From assembly GCA_017458285.1 (NCBI GenBank), contig JAFTFU010000002.1:92171-156170 (forward strand): DNA of 64,000 nt. The letters are read 5' to 3'. Positions within the stretch are counted from its first letter, which is position 1. Every line of letters starts with the position of its first letter. This stretch comes from Clostridia bacterium. Lineage in GTDB: Bacteria; Bacillota; Clostridia; TANB77; CAG-508. Shown here piece by piece: positions 28,429 to 38,303 of the stretch. Position numbers and translations under genes: made by a program. Under the pieces are notes generated by a model, which worked only from the letters and a program-made list of their open reading frames with translations, was not told the DNA's origin and searched no databases.

Positions 28429-28521
28429 CTAAATTATATTATCTACGGCATAGTGTATTCTATATCTCAAATACTTTCATAAATATACTAAGTATGATAT
28501 CATCTCCGCTCTCAATAATAT

Positions 28522-31500
28522 TTATATGTGATATTTTTTTAGAGAACTTCCTCCGAAAAGCCTGTCAGTAGTCATGGATTTGATTAAAGATTCAAACTTC
28601 TTATCGTGCTGCATGGCATAAATAAATTCATCATAGTTCTTTACGTTTGGCAAATTGAAATTAACATTATCCAAACTGACAGAGATACTATTCGTATTAT
28701 TACTAATATTTGGTGCAACATCAGAACTATTATTATCAAATAAATTATCTTTGATAAATGCACTGGGGTCATTCATCATACTAAATAAATTGGAAGTTGC
28801 ATTGCCATTTAAAATCATATCTCCTTTGGCGAGAGGGGTAAGGATAGCACCGTCAGAAGGTCTAATGATTGCTTCGGGAATACTATTCTCTTGTGTCCAC
28901 GCCATTTGAGATTTGTTGACTGATTGCGTACCTTGCTTAAATTTTGGAACACCGCTCAAACCACTCAAAAAACTTTTAGCATTACGTGTAATATCACCAA
29001 CACCGCTCAAACCACTCAAAAAACTTTTAATATTACTTGTATTAGAACTATTGTTTTTTGTAGCAGACTTAGAATTTGTGTTCTTTACATTTGTATCATT
29101 ATTAGCTTTTTTATCAAGAGCGGACACCATCGTATTAACACTGTTTGTCAAAGAATTGATAGCACTAATAACATTTGTAGTGGCATTAGTAAAATTAATC
29201 CCATATTCAGATAATACAGGTTGTGCGCCACCTTTCCAAATATTATTCATAGTAGAAGAAATTTTATAACCAACATCACTTGCTTGTTCAATCAGTGTAT
29301 CTTTGATAACATTAGCATCTTCATTAATATTTACAATCATATCAGAGATTAAACTATCAACATCGTCTAATCTTTCGTTCAATACCTTTTCATATTCATT
29401 ATACAAATCATCAAGCAATTTCTTTTGGTCGCTAACAAATTTATCGTATTGCGTTTCTTCCAGATTTTCTTTTGCTTCTTCCAAAGATACTTTAATTTGT
29501 TGTACTTTTGACTTTGTTTCTTCGGATGTATCGCCTGTATAAGCGGCTAATTGTTTCTGTAATGAGGTTATTTCCTTGGTTTGATCTTTAATCTTTTTTT
29601 GATAATCGTATAAATCTTTCTGACTATCTAACGCCTCATTATACTTATCAATTAGATCCTGTAAGGCATTTAACTCTAATTCAATGCCTTCTTTGACCAT
29701 ATCTACAATAGCCTGTTTTTCATCCTCGGCAGATAAAATCATCTGCTGTTGTAATTTCAGCAGCTCTTCTCTGCGTTCTGCAAGGTCTTGATTATAAGGG
29801 TCTTTCGCCAACTGTTTGTCAATTTTAATGATTTCTTTAGCGTACTTATCAGCTTGTGCCATATAAGTATTATAATTAACTCCATGCAACCCCATAGTAG
29901 CCTTGCCATTATTTGTAAGTTGTCCAGCACCTTGACCTTCTTCTTTGTAAAGCTTGTCATTTTGCATAAGTTTAATCAAAAAATCAGACTCTTGCGTTAT
30001 TTGAGATATCTTCTCTTGAATTAAATCAAAAATTTGCCACTTAATATCTCTTATAGAGTTATTAAATTCAATAAGAGATGTCGTTGATTGTTGAATGGCA
30101 ATATCAGTCTTTTCGATTTCATCCGTTAATTCATACCATGCTTGCGAACCAACTTTTATATCACCCGATGCAATCGCTGTTTGTAATTTAATGGATAATT
30201 CATTTTTCTTAGAAACAAGTTCGGCGTTATTTTTCTTTTCATTTTTTATCTGTGCTTCGTAATATTTCGTACTAACAAGATAGCCCTTTGCCTGAGTTTG
30301 TGCAATACTCTCATTTAATTTAGTTGCTTGATTTGTAATCTGGTTAAGCTTGTTATCGTGTTTAGTAGCGATATCATTAAATTCTTCAACGGCTAATTCA
30401 TGAATTGTTTTCTTGTATTCCTCGGCGTTTTCTTTTGCCTTTTTAATATTCTCTGTCCATTCGTACCAAGCTTTACTGTATTTTTGAATATCACCATTTT
30501 TTACCGCTTCGCCAAGTTTTTTCTGTAACTCACTTGCTTCGTTTAAAGCATAAACACTTTGTTGTTTATATGCCGACCTTAAACCACTGTAATTTTTAGT
30601 GGTTTTGCGTGTAGTATCACTGGCTTTAGTTTCAATCATACTGATTTTACTGCCATATGTTCCACTACGATTTTCCCAACGTGTTTGTATATCGCCAAGT
30701 TCTTCAACTGCTAATTGATGTCTTGCGTTTGCGGCTTGTCTCGCATTTGATTGAGCGTTCTTGATATCAGTTTTGTATTTATAATAATCATCATCGCCAA
30801 CTTTGATTCTGCCATGTTTGATATCATCTTGAAGTTGACCATACAGATTCGCTGCCTTGTCCGTTTCGTATTTTTCAGTTTTCTTATAATTTTTGCCAAG
30901 CTTTTTATAATTCTTGTTTATAGACCGTGTGTCCTTATCGAGATTATTATAATAATCACTATCGGCATTGATATAATTAATTCTGTTTTCATAATATGTT
31001 TCAATATTATCTAATCGTTGTCTTATATATTCTTTTTCAGTCTCTTTTAAATCTGAAACCGCATCCCTACAACTAATAGCTTTATCATACAATTCCTGAT
31101 AATTTTCTATCTTTTCTTTCAAATCAGCATTTTTTATTTCAGAAAGATTTATGCCACCTTCCCGTACAGCCTTTTTCCAATAACTACCAAGACCTACCTT
31201 ATTAGCTTCGTTCATATAATAACCATAAGCATTTTTATTAAAGGAAATTTCTTTTTCAATAGCGTTGATTGATTTTGAAATCTGTTTATTTTTCCCTTTA
31301 AAAGTGATATAATCTCCGACTTTTGAAAACACTTGTTTGGTATTATTAGCGAATTTCTTTAATCTACGTTCAATCCAATCGAAAACTTTTCCAGTCTCAG
31401 TTGTTGACGTATCTAACCCCGAATCACTTGAATCACCTGAGCTTTTTGTATTGCCAGTCAATTTATTCCATGTGTTAGTCGTGATTTTGTAAGGTTTGAT

Positions 31501-34281
31501 GAGTTCATCTAAGACTTTTTCTAATGCTGCATTGCCAGATCGAGTAAATTGTCCATGATCTCTATAATTAGCATAATCAGCATAAGTTAAGCCATAAGAT
31601 GATAATAAAGCATTTATTTTTTCTTGTGCTTCTGGCGAAGCATATCTTTTTAATTTACCAGTGTTTTTATCTAAAAATGCGCCACTTTTACTGTCATTAT
31701 CAATTATATTGTTAATCTTAGAATATACTTGCGATTCTTCAAAATGTTTTTGTATTTCGGCTTTAGCTTTAATCGCATTAGAAAAATTAGTAATGTCATC
31801 ATTATATAATTGTCCGAAATCTTTAATGAGTTTGCCTTGTTTAGATAATAATTCTGCATTAGTATTTTGTAATGCTGCCTTTTTAATTTCAGATAAATTA
31901 TCCCAATTAGTAATATCAATTCCATAAAAGTCATTAAAATACTTTATCTCATCTTGAATTTGTTTTATAGAATCGCCTAATAAGTTTTCATTATCTTTTT
32001 CTTTCTCTTGAACTGCTTTATGATACGCCTCATAGTCATTTTCATACATTTCAGCGTTGTACAAATCTTCATAAGCATCTTTTTGTTTAGCAACTAATTC
32101 AGTAATAGCAGTTTGCATACCTTCCATATCATTGATATATGGACGTAAAGATTGATAAGTGTCATCTGTCATTATAGTGTCGATACTGGAAAGCGATAAA
32201 GAACCATTTTCGCTGATTTCTTTTGTAAAACCAATAAGAGTTGATATACTACTTGATACACCTTTAATAGCCTTTTGAATGTCCTCAATTAAAGTCTTAG
32301 TGTCTTTAAGTTCAGGCTTTAACTGCTTTAATGCGGCAATCATACTTTGAATAGATTTTTTCGCTTCATCAGATAAATCCTGTGTATTTAGTACTTTTTC
32401 TAATTGACCTATTAATTCTTGTGGACGTTCTTTTATTACCTTATCTATTCCTTCTGCTAAATTGCCAAACTTTTCATCTGTCCAGTCAACATATTCGCCA
32501 AGAGTAGGGAAGAGGTCAACTAATTCAACAACATCATTTGTTGTTAATTTTCCAGCAAAAAGGTTTTGATATGCTTTGTTGAGTTTATCAACATCGGAAT
32601 GAACAGATTTTAATTCTTTTGTTTGGTCTTTGGATAATGCAAAAGATGATTCATCGTTTTTTTCTGCGACCTTTGTTTTAACAATTCCAAGTTTTTCTAA
32701 TGCACCAATATATTGTTCAACTGTAATTTCAGCTTGACCAGTAGCATCAGTCATACCGTTCCATAAATCTATATAACCTTTAATATTATCATATAAATTT
32801 TTCTCATCACCCGACAAAGATTCGTAATTCAAATCCCCTTTTGATAATATTGAATTAATATCATCAGATGTATAATTATTCTTATTAACAATTTCTTTTA
32901 TTTTATTACTATAACCATCGGGCGAACCTTCCAATTCTGCTTGAACATCAACAATAATAGGTGTTTCTTTTGATTGTTGGTACACTTGTTTTTGTACATC
33001 AGCAAACCAATTTTTTATACTTTCACCAGAAACATTATCCTCATCAACAAAATCAAGATTAAATATATCATGAAAAATGTCACGTAATTCAGTGTATGCT
33101 TGCGTGATTTCATCTTGATTGCCTGAAGCAAGTGCCTCTGTATAAGCCTTTTTCTTTTCAACTATTTTTTCGTAATATTCAGAATACTTATCATCAGTCA
33201 ATATCAGATTTTCTACAGCCGTATCATAAATCGTTTTATTAGTTTTATATTCATCACTACTTAATAATTCACTTTTTCTTTCTAATATTTCTGATTTTAA
33301 TTCCTTAAATCCTTGTAATTCTTGTTGTTCATACCAATTTAAACTATCTTTAGACTCATATTCCTTTATTTTAGTTTCTACGGCATTATGAAATTCATCC
33401 ATAGTAGCCAAAATTTCATCAATAGTACCACTAAATCCAACTTGTGTGCCGCTACTATTAGGCATAATATAAATATTTTTACCATTTTCATCAGCCCATT
33501 GGTTTATCCATTTTTTACTACTAACTTGTTGTCCGCTTCCCCAATTAACACCCAAGAAACTATTTCCGTTAAAATATTGATTAGCGTTTTTAGTTTCTGT
33601 AACATGAGTATCGTTCCAGTTTTTTGCCGCTTCTTTTTTTAATTGGATTAAAGCACTGGTTTCACCTTGTATAGATTCAGTTATATAACCTACAGCATCC
33701 TTTTCCTGACCATATTTCTTTATCAGTTCTTCTTGAATTTCGAGTAATTGTTTTCTTTTTTCTGTAGCTTCTGTTTGAGAAATACTATCATAATTTAAAG
33801 CTGTTTTTAAATCATTAATTTTACTAATATAACTATCAATATCATCAAAAGATTTTTTTAAATCATTTGCGCTATCAGCAACATCTTCAATGCTATTAGA
33901 CCAATTAGAAAATACCGTAACAGCAGTCGAAACAACACCAATTACTGTTGCTGCTGCAACCGCTATCGCACCAATAGGATTGCTTGCCATCGCTACTGTC
34001 AAACCTCTAAAAGCAGCACTTAAACCACCTGTTGCCGTTGTCAACGCTCCTGTGGATGCAGTTGCTGCCATTTCGGCTTGTGAAGCTGCTAAAGTAGCAG
34101 CAATTTGTTTTGCCTCTGCCTCAACAACACCATGATTCATAAGAATTTGTTGCATCTGTTCTTTATTTAATCCTGTCTTAACAAGGCAAGCCTTTAAATC
34201 TTCTACAGACATATTTTTAGTTACGGTATTAACTAATTCTAAACTTGTCGCACCCTCAATTCCCAGAATTTTTAATTGCAA
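28522..34281 (-). CDS. Tape measure protein, C-terminal portion (no recognisable RBS; only a TTG start)
   Basis: Gly/Ala-rich hydrophobic segment (ATGGLSAAFRGLTVAMASNPIGAIAVAAATVIG), more than 1500 aa of coiled coil, a duplicated KSFLSGLSGV motif and a terminal IPEAIIRPSDGAILTP block. Confidence 0.75.
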   Translation of the reverse strand: MQLKILGIEGATSLELVNTVTKNMSVEDLKACLVKTGLNKEQMQQILMNHGVVEAEAKQIAATLAASQAEMAATASTGALTTATGGLSAAFRGLTVAMASNPIGAIAVAAATVIGVVSTAVTVFSNWSNSIEDVADSANDLKKSFDDIDSYISKINDLKTALNYDSISQTEATEKRKQLLEIQEELIKKYGQEKDAVGYITESIQGETSALIQLKKEAAKNWNDTHVTETKNANQYFNGNSFLGVNWGSGQQVSSKKWINQWADENGKNIYIMPNSSGTQVGFSGTIDEILATMDEFHNAVETKIKEYESKDSLNWYEQQELQGFKELKSEILERKSELLSSDEYKTNKTIYDTAVENLILTDDKYSEYYEKIVEKKKAYTEALASGNQDEITQAYTELRDIFHDIFNLDFVDEDNVSGESIKNWFADVQKQVYQQSKETPIIVDVQAELEGSPDGYSNKIKEIVNKNNYTSDDINSILSKGDLNYESLSGDEKNLYDNIKGYIDLWNGMTDATGQAEITVEQYIGALEKLGIVKTKVAEKNDESSFALSKDQTKELKSVHSDVDKLNKAYQNLFAGKLTTNDVVELVDLFPTLGEYVDWTDEKFGNLAEGIDKVIKERPQELIGQLEKVLNTQDLSDEAKKSIQSMIAALKQLKPELKDTKTLIEDIQKAIKGVSSSISTLIGFTKEISENGSLSLSSIDTIMTDDTYQSLRPYINDMEGMQTAITELVAKQKDAYEDLYNAEMYENDYEAYHKAVQEKEKDNENLLGDSIKQIQDEIKYFNDFYGIDITNWDNLSEIKKAALQNTNAELLSKQGKLIKDFGQLYNDDITNFSNAIKAKAEIQKHFEESQVYSKINNIIDNDSKSGAFLDKNTGKLKRYASPEAQEKINALLSSYGLTYADYANYRDHGQFTRSGNAALEKVLDELIKPYKITTNTWNKLTGNTKSSGDSSDSGLDTSTTETGKVFDWIERRLKKFANNTKQVFSKVGDYITFKGKNKQISKSINAIEKEISFNKNAYGYYMNEANKVGLGSYWKKAVREGGINLSEIKNADLKEKIENYQELYDKAISCRDAVSDLKETEKEYIRQRLDNIETYYENRINYINADSDYYNNLDKDTRSINKNYKKLGKNYKKTEKYETDKAANLYGQLQDDIKHGRIKVGDDDYYKYKTDIKNAQSNARQAANARHQLAVEELGDIQTRWENRSGTYGSKISMIETKASDTTRKTTKNYSGLRSAYKQQSVYALNEASELQKKLGEAVKNGDIQKYSKAWYEWTENIKKAKENAEEYKKTIHELAVEEFNDIATKHDNKLNQITNQATKLNESIAQTQAKGYLVSTKYYEAQIKNEKKNNAELVSKKNELSIKLQTAIASGDIKVGSQAWYELTDEIEKTDIAIQQSTTSLIEFNNSIRDIKWQIFDLIQEKISQITQESDFLIKLMQNDKLYKEEGQGAGQLTNNGKATMGLHGVNYNTYMAQADKYAKEIIKIDKQLAKDPYNQDLAERREELLKLQQQMILSAEDEKQAIVDMVKEGIELELNALQDLIDKYNEALDSQKDLYDYQKKIKDQTKEITSLQKQLAAYTGDTSEETKSKVQQIKVSLEEAKENLEETQYDKFVSDQKKLLDDLYNEYEKVLNERLDDVDSLISDMIVNINEDANVIKDTLIEQASDVGYKISSTMNNIWKGGAQPVLSEYGINFTNATTNVISAINSLTNSVNTMVSALDKKANNDTNVKNTNSKSATKNNSSNTSNIKSFLSGLSGVGDITRNAKSFLSGLSGVPKFKQGTQSVNKSQMAWTQENSIPEAIIRPSDGAILTPLAKGDMILNGNATSNLFSMMNDPSAFIKDNLFDNNSSDVAPNISNNTNSISVSLDNVNFNLPNVKNYDEFIYAMQHDKKFESLIKSMTTDRLFGGSSLKKYHI

Positions 34282-34305
34282 TATAATTAAAGGCTATAAA
34301 GTTAC

Positions 34306-34334
34306 TTGACATTATTCAAATAAAACGATATAAT
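34306..34334 (+). promoter_or_regulatory. Perfect consensus promoter, antisense to the late operon
   Basis: TTGACA (34306-34311), a 17-nt spacer, then TATAAT (34329-34334). Confidence 0.7.
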
Positions 34335-34359
34335 ATTATCAAAAAGGTAGGTGTTGTAT

Positions 34360-34680
34360 ATGAGTGATAATATTCGTACTATCGGAATAATAGATTATGA
34401 TTGTCCGTTTTGTCATCATAACAAATCTTATGTTAAAATGTATTTAGAATATACAGAATTTGGTGAATGTATGTCTTGTGGGAAAGAGACTTATCAAAAG
34501 GTTTTAAAAACATTTGACTTTAATAAACCAAAATCTGTTCAATGTCCTTATTGTCATTCAACAAATACTAAAAAAATATCCACAACTTCAAAAGTTGGTA
34601 GTGTTGCCCTCTTTGGTATTTTTGCCGCCGGCAAAGTTGCTAAAGAATGGCATTGTAATACTTGTAAAAGTGATTTTTAA
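34360..34680 (+). CDS. Double zinc-ribbon small protein with a hydrophobic segment (moron-like, antisense to tail genes)
   Basis: CPFC...CMSC and CPYC...CNTC pairs with a VGSVALFGIFAAGKVA segment between the second pair. It has its own promoter, SD (aaggtagg) and terminator. Confidence 0.65.
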   Translation: MSDNIRTIGIIDYDCPFCHHNKSYVKMYLEYTEFGECMSCGKETYQKVLKTFDFNKPKSVQCPYCHSTNTKKISTTSKVGSVALFGIFAAGKVAKEWHCNTCKSDF

Positions 34681-34684
34681 TTTT

Positions 34685-34710
34685 AACCGTCATAGAAATA
34701 TGGCGGTTTT
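34685..34710 (+). terminator. Rho-independent terminator of the antisense gene
   Basis: aaccgtcat / atggcggtt 9-bp stem (one G-T wobble) running into TTTT. Confidence 0.55.
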
Positions 34711-35146
34711 GCATATTTGGAACATACATTAACAGCACATAAAATGTGGCTTTTATGTACTGCAAGGAATGGTGTCCTCTGAACATTCCCATTATTCAAA
34801 CTTTTATCCCGACATCGCTTGCACGATTGCTACTATCGGATTATATAGTTTTATCTTTCGACTAATGGGTGTGCTGCCAGTTACCAATTATATATCTGTC
34901 CGGCATCATTTTTTAGCCGTAGAAATCTCACTCCTGCTATTCAACAGTTTGACTTTTTTGCCTTATTTTTCGGCTACCCTCAAAATAGGGAAGAGGGTGT
35001 AGTGAGCATTATGGTTTCAGGCAATTTTTCCTTTGTTTGTTTGAAAACTCCCTTCTTATAGAGTTATCCTTATCGCCATTATGATAATTCTTCCCCTATA
35101 ATAGACCAATAACATCTTCTGGGTGATGTTGTAAACTCTCAACGAG
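34711..35146 (-). ncRNA. Structured non-coding segment inside the split tape-measure gene (candidate intron core)
   Basis: Visibly richer in G/C than the flanks. On the minus strand there are several stems: AUCGU-GCAA-GCGAU (34814-34827) nested in CCGA/UCGG, UAGCCG/CGGCUA (34914-34919/34971-34976), ACCCUC/GAGGGU, GGAAUG/CAUUCC and AACAUC/GAUGUU (35111-35130). Confidence 0.3.
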
Positions 35147-38100
35147 TCAATCCAAGTTTTTGATAAACGCAGTAATACCTACTGCTGCGATTGTAGTGCC
35201 TAATGCACCAAAGGCGTGTGTTATGCCATCTACAATATCAACTATTCCTGATGATCCATCAACTAAGAATTTTATTAAATCAGATGATAAGACTGTATTA
35301 GATAATGCTTGCCAAGAAGCGTTAAGTGCATCTAATTTGCCTTCCATACTTTGCATATACTTTTCGTTTTCTGCTGCTGCCGTTCCCTCGGCGTTAGATG
35401 CCGCATTAACTGCTTTTTCAACATTTGACCAGTTGTTTATAAGAGCTGCAACACTGTTAGCTCTCTGTTTTCCTGCAACAGTTTCAAGCAAGTCTGCACG
35501 CGATGTATCAGTAAGTTCATTCCAAATAGTACTAATCTCTTTAAATATCTGATATGTACTTTTAAAATCGCCATTATCTTTAAAAATATTTACTTTTCCA
35601 TTTGTAAGATTAAGTATATGAGTTTGCATTTTTGAAATTGACTCTACATTCTCATCTACTTCTTCGCCAATTTCTTCAAGCTGCCCCTTCATTCCTCTCA
35701 AACGCAAACTAACGACATTCAGTGTAGTACCTGCTTGTTCGGCGTTTTGCGTTACTTCTACTATACCTGTATTCATTCCTGCGGCTTCTTCAAATGTATT
35801 TCCAGCCATTTGGAGTGACGATGCTGACCTTTGCAGACTTTCACCAACATTAGCAGCGGTAACGGCAAATTCATTGCCCAATTTGTCGTACACGTCAGCT
35901 ATTTTCATTACTGCTTCAGTAGAATCACCATTAGATACTTGTAATAATTCGTCTTGATAACCCTTATAAGCTGTTACTAAATCCTTTACAGCAGTGTCGT
36001 TATCCAAATCTGTAACGTGCTGATACATAGCAGTTATTTCAGCTAATTTATTTGCCGTATTTGCTTCAAATCCAAGGCGTACCCAACTGGCAGTAGATTC
36101 AATAATGTCATTTAATGCAACACCATATTTCTTTGCACCAGCAACCATATTATCATACAACTGACTATATTGTTTATCCGTTAAATCAGTAACACGATAT
36201 AATTCAGTCATAGCAGTGTCAACTTTAAGTACATTGTCAAACATTGACTTTACGCCATTAATAGCATAAGAAATCATCATTGAAGCTGAAAAATAGGTAG
36301 CCAATGAGCCTAATTTACTTTTCAATTTATCGCCTAATGTCATTGTGGCTTTTCCTGCTGACATTATCTGGCTTTCGAGTTCTTTAACTTCTCTTTTCAG
36401 ATTAGTTAATTTTATATCATCTGCTGATTCTATTTCATTTTTTATCTGTTGTAATCTTGCACCAAATTGAGGTATAGCAGCAGAATATTTTTTAAACATC
36501 AAATCAATTTGCGTTGTTAATGCTGTTTTCTTGTTAGCAAGATTAGCTTCATCTTTTAATTTTTGCTGTTCTATTCGTAATGTCTTTATTTCATTTTGTA
36601 ATGTAACTAATGTTTTACCGAATTGTGTATAATCACCTGTAACTTTTTCAATATCGTCACCACTGGCTTTCATACTGCCTAACAAACTTCTTAATTCTTG
36701 CGTTTTAAGGTTTATTTCATCTTCTGTTTTACCTAATCGTCTATAATTATTTTCGATAGTAGCAATTTGATTTTCTAAAGTGCCATTCTCGATATTGCCT
36801 TTAATAGAATTAAGACCACTCTTTTTAACATCGTTGATTTTAGCTTGAACAGTTGCCATTTTATCAATAGTGGTTTGTAATGCACTATTAATTTCTGCTG
36901 TTTGCTCTGTGCTAAATTTTGAATCAAACGATTGTCGTGTTGCTTGATATGTAGCTTGCAATCTTTCTAATTGTGCCTCTAATTCTAAAATTTGGTTACT
37001 ATCTTTTGTTCCGTCTAATTTCAATAAATTAGTTTGAATATTTCTAATTTGTTGTATAGTAGATAATAATTCTTTATATGCGGTAGTTACTTTATCGGTT
37101 TCAGCTTTTTCCGCTTGTTTTCCAATTTGCTGCTCTGCTTGCAATGCTTTAAATTCTGCTTTAGCGACAACAAGCATATTCAAATATTCCGTTAGAGACT
37201 GCCTATCAGTAACCCCACCAAGTTTTACACTTAAATCACTTATACTATATGATTTTAGCTGCTCCAGTGCTATACCGATTGATTTTATTTTAGCTTCAAA
37301 TTCTCGTAATAATTGTATTTGTTCGCCTTTTATTGTTTCAATAGGTTTTGCTCTTAGCTGATTAGCCATTGATTCAACTTCACGATATATTTTAACTTGC
37401 GACCGTATTTCAGCAATAGCCGCTTTAACACTTGCTTCTGAAGATGCAAAACTTTCTTTTGTAGCTGTACCTAATGTGTTTACTTTTGCAATAGCTTCAT
37501 CATATAAAGAATTTAAGTGTTCTATATTTTTTGAATTTTGAATTGGTTTACTCGCATTAACATCAAGATATTCGTCTTTAAGAATTTTTAACTTTGAAGT
37601 ATAATTAGTAACAGCAGCAGTATTTCTCTCGGTTTGTTTTCTATCGGTTTCAAGTTGACGAGCATAATTATCACTACCAGTAGAACCAGAATATTGATAG
37701 CTTTGCCCGATTACTTTTCCTTTGCTATTTTCTATATTCGCTAAATTATATTTTAAAGATTCGATCTCTTGGTTGACATTTTTTACTTCTACTGTGAAGC
37801 CAGTAATTTCGCTTTTCGCATTTCTAAAAGGCTTAGTAGTTACTTCGCCAAATTTTCCAAAATAATTTCTCGTTACTTCAAAAAGTTTTTGTTCGTCCTG
37901 AATTATACCATTAATTTCTTCTTCAAATTCTTTTCGCACAGAAGAATTAATTAATTTAATTTCTACAGGCTTAATTTTTTGTACTGTTTGATTTGTGTTT
38001 TTTACAATATTATCGACTTGTTTTGTTATGTTCGATGAATTTATATTGCTGTTTACAACTACATTTATCTTACAATTATTTAAATTATCTAATTGATTTC

Positions 38101-38254
38101 TTATATTTTTAATTCTTGTTTCAATCTGAGAATCATCGATTTTTAATACAATAGGATTTTCACTTAATTTATTTATATCCTTTTGTATCTTTTCAAACTC
38201 GCCATTTTTTAATTGCAAACCTAATGCAATAGAAAAATCTTCCATAACCATCAC
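35147..38254 (-). CDS. Tape measure protein, N-terminal portion with TP901-type core
   Basis: Long coiled coil, then MTELYRVTDLTDKQYSQLYDNMVAGAKKYGVALNDIIESTASWVRLGF, a tape-measure core region. A strong SD (aaaggagag) precedes the start cluster. Confidence 0.8.
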   Translation of the reverse strand: MMVMEDFSIALGLQLKNGEFEKIQKDINKLSENPIVLKIDDSQIETRIKNIRNQLDNLNNCKINVVVNSNINSSNITKQVDNIVKNTNQTVQKIKPVEIKLINSSVRKEFEEEINGIIQDEQKLFEVTRNYFGKFGEVTTKPFRNAKSEITGFTVEVKNVNQEIESLKYNLANIENSKGKVIGQSYQYSGSTGSDNYARQLETDRKQTERNTAAVTNYTSKLKILKDEYLDVNASKPIQNSKNIEHLNSLYDEAIAKVNTLGTATKESFASSEASVKAAIAEIRSQVKIYREVESMANQLRAKPIETIKGEQIQLLREFEAKIKSIGIALEQLKSYSISDLSVKLGGVTDRQSLTEYLNMLVVAKAEFKALQAEQQIGKQAEKAETDKVTTAYKELLSTIQQIRNIQTNLLKLDGTKDSNQILELEAQLERLQATYQATRQSFDSKFSTEQTAEINSALQTTIDKMATVQAKINDVKKSGLNSIKGNIENGTLENQIATIENNYRRLGKTEDEINLKTQELRSLLGSMKASGDDIEKVTGDYTQFGKTLVTLQNEIKTLRIEQQKLKDEANLANKKTALTTQIDLMFKKYSAAIPQFGARLQQIKNEIESADDIKLTNLKREVKELESQIMSAGKATMTLGDKLKSKLGSLATYFSASMMISYAINGVKSMFDNVLKVDTAMTELYRVTDLTDKQYSQLYDNMVAGAKKYGVALNDIIESTASWVRLGFEANTANKLAEITAMYQHVTDLDNDTAVKDLVTAYKGYQDELLQVSNGDSTEAVMKIADVYDKLGNEFAVTAANVGESLQRSASSLQMAGNTFEEAAGMNTGIVEVTQNAEQAGTTLNVVSLRLRGMKGQLEEIGEEVDENVESISKMQTHILNLTNGKVNIFKDNGDFKSTYQIFKEISTIWNELTDTSRADLLETVAGKQRANSVAALINNWSNVEKAVNAASNAEGTAAAENEKYMQSMEGKLDALNASWQALSNTVLSSDLIKFLVDGSSGIVDIVDGITHAFGALGTTIAAVGITAFIKNLD

Positions 38255-38303
38255 TCTCCTTTAAGGCACAAACGCACCTTAAAGGTGCGAACTTATAATT
38301 ATG

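Noticed and set aside
28950-29040. Direct repeat caccgctcaaaccactcaaaaaactttta x2, considered as a mini-CRISPR or att repeat
   Set aside because: Both copies are in frame inside the tape-measure ORF and encode the duplicated peptide KSFLSGLSGV. There is no repeat-spacer periodicity.
28913-29269. Antisense ORFs inside long genes, for example 28913..29269, 28924..29214, 35160..35552, 46825..47271, 48141..48557, 21848..22195 and 18304..18606
   Set aside because: They lie opposite well-supported long structural genes, lack ribosome-binding sites and have low-complexity translations. They are the expected by-product of AT-rich coiled-coil coding sequence.
34514-35002. ORFs 34514..34732 (+) and 34769..35002 (+) within the TMP insertion
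   Set aside because: The first is an out-of-frame overlap of the zinc-ribbon gene. The second lies in the hairpin-dense block, lacks an SD and has a low-complexity hydrophobic translation.
34250-35200. Invertible promoter switch flanked by inverted repeats around the TMP insertion, driven by the nearby recombinase
   Set aside because: By eye I found no matching inverted repeats at the two boundaries. This needs a computational repeat search before it can be claimed.
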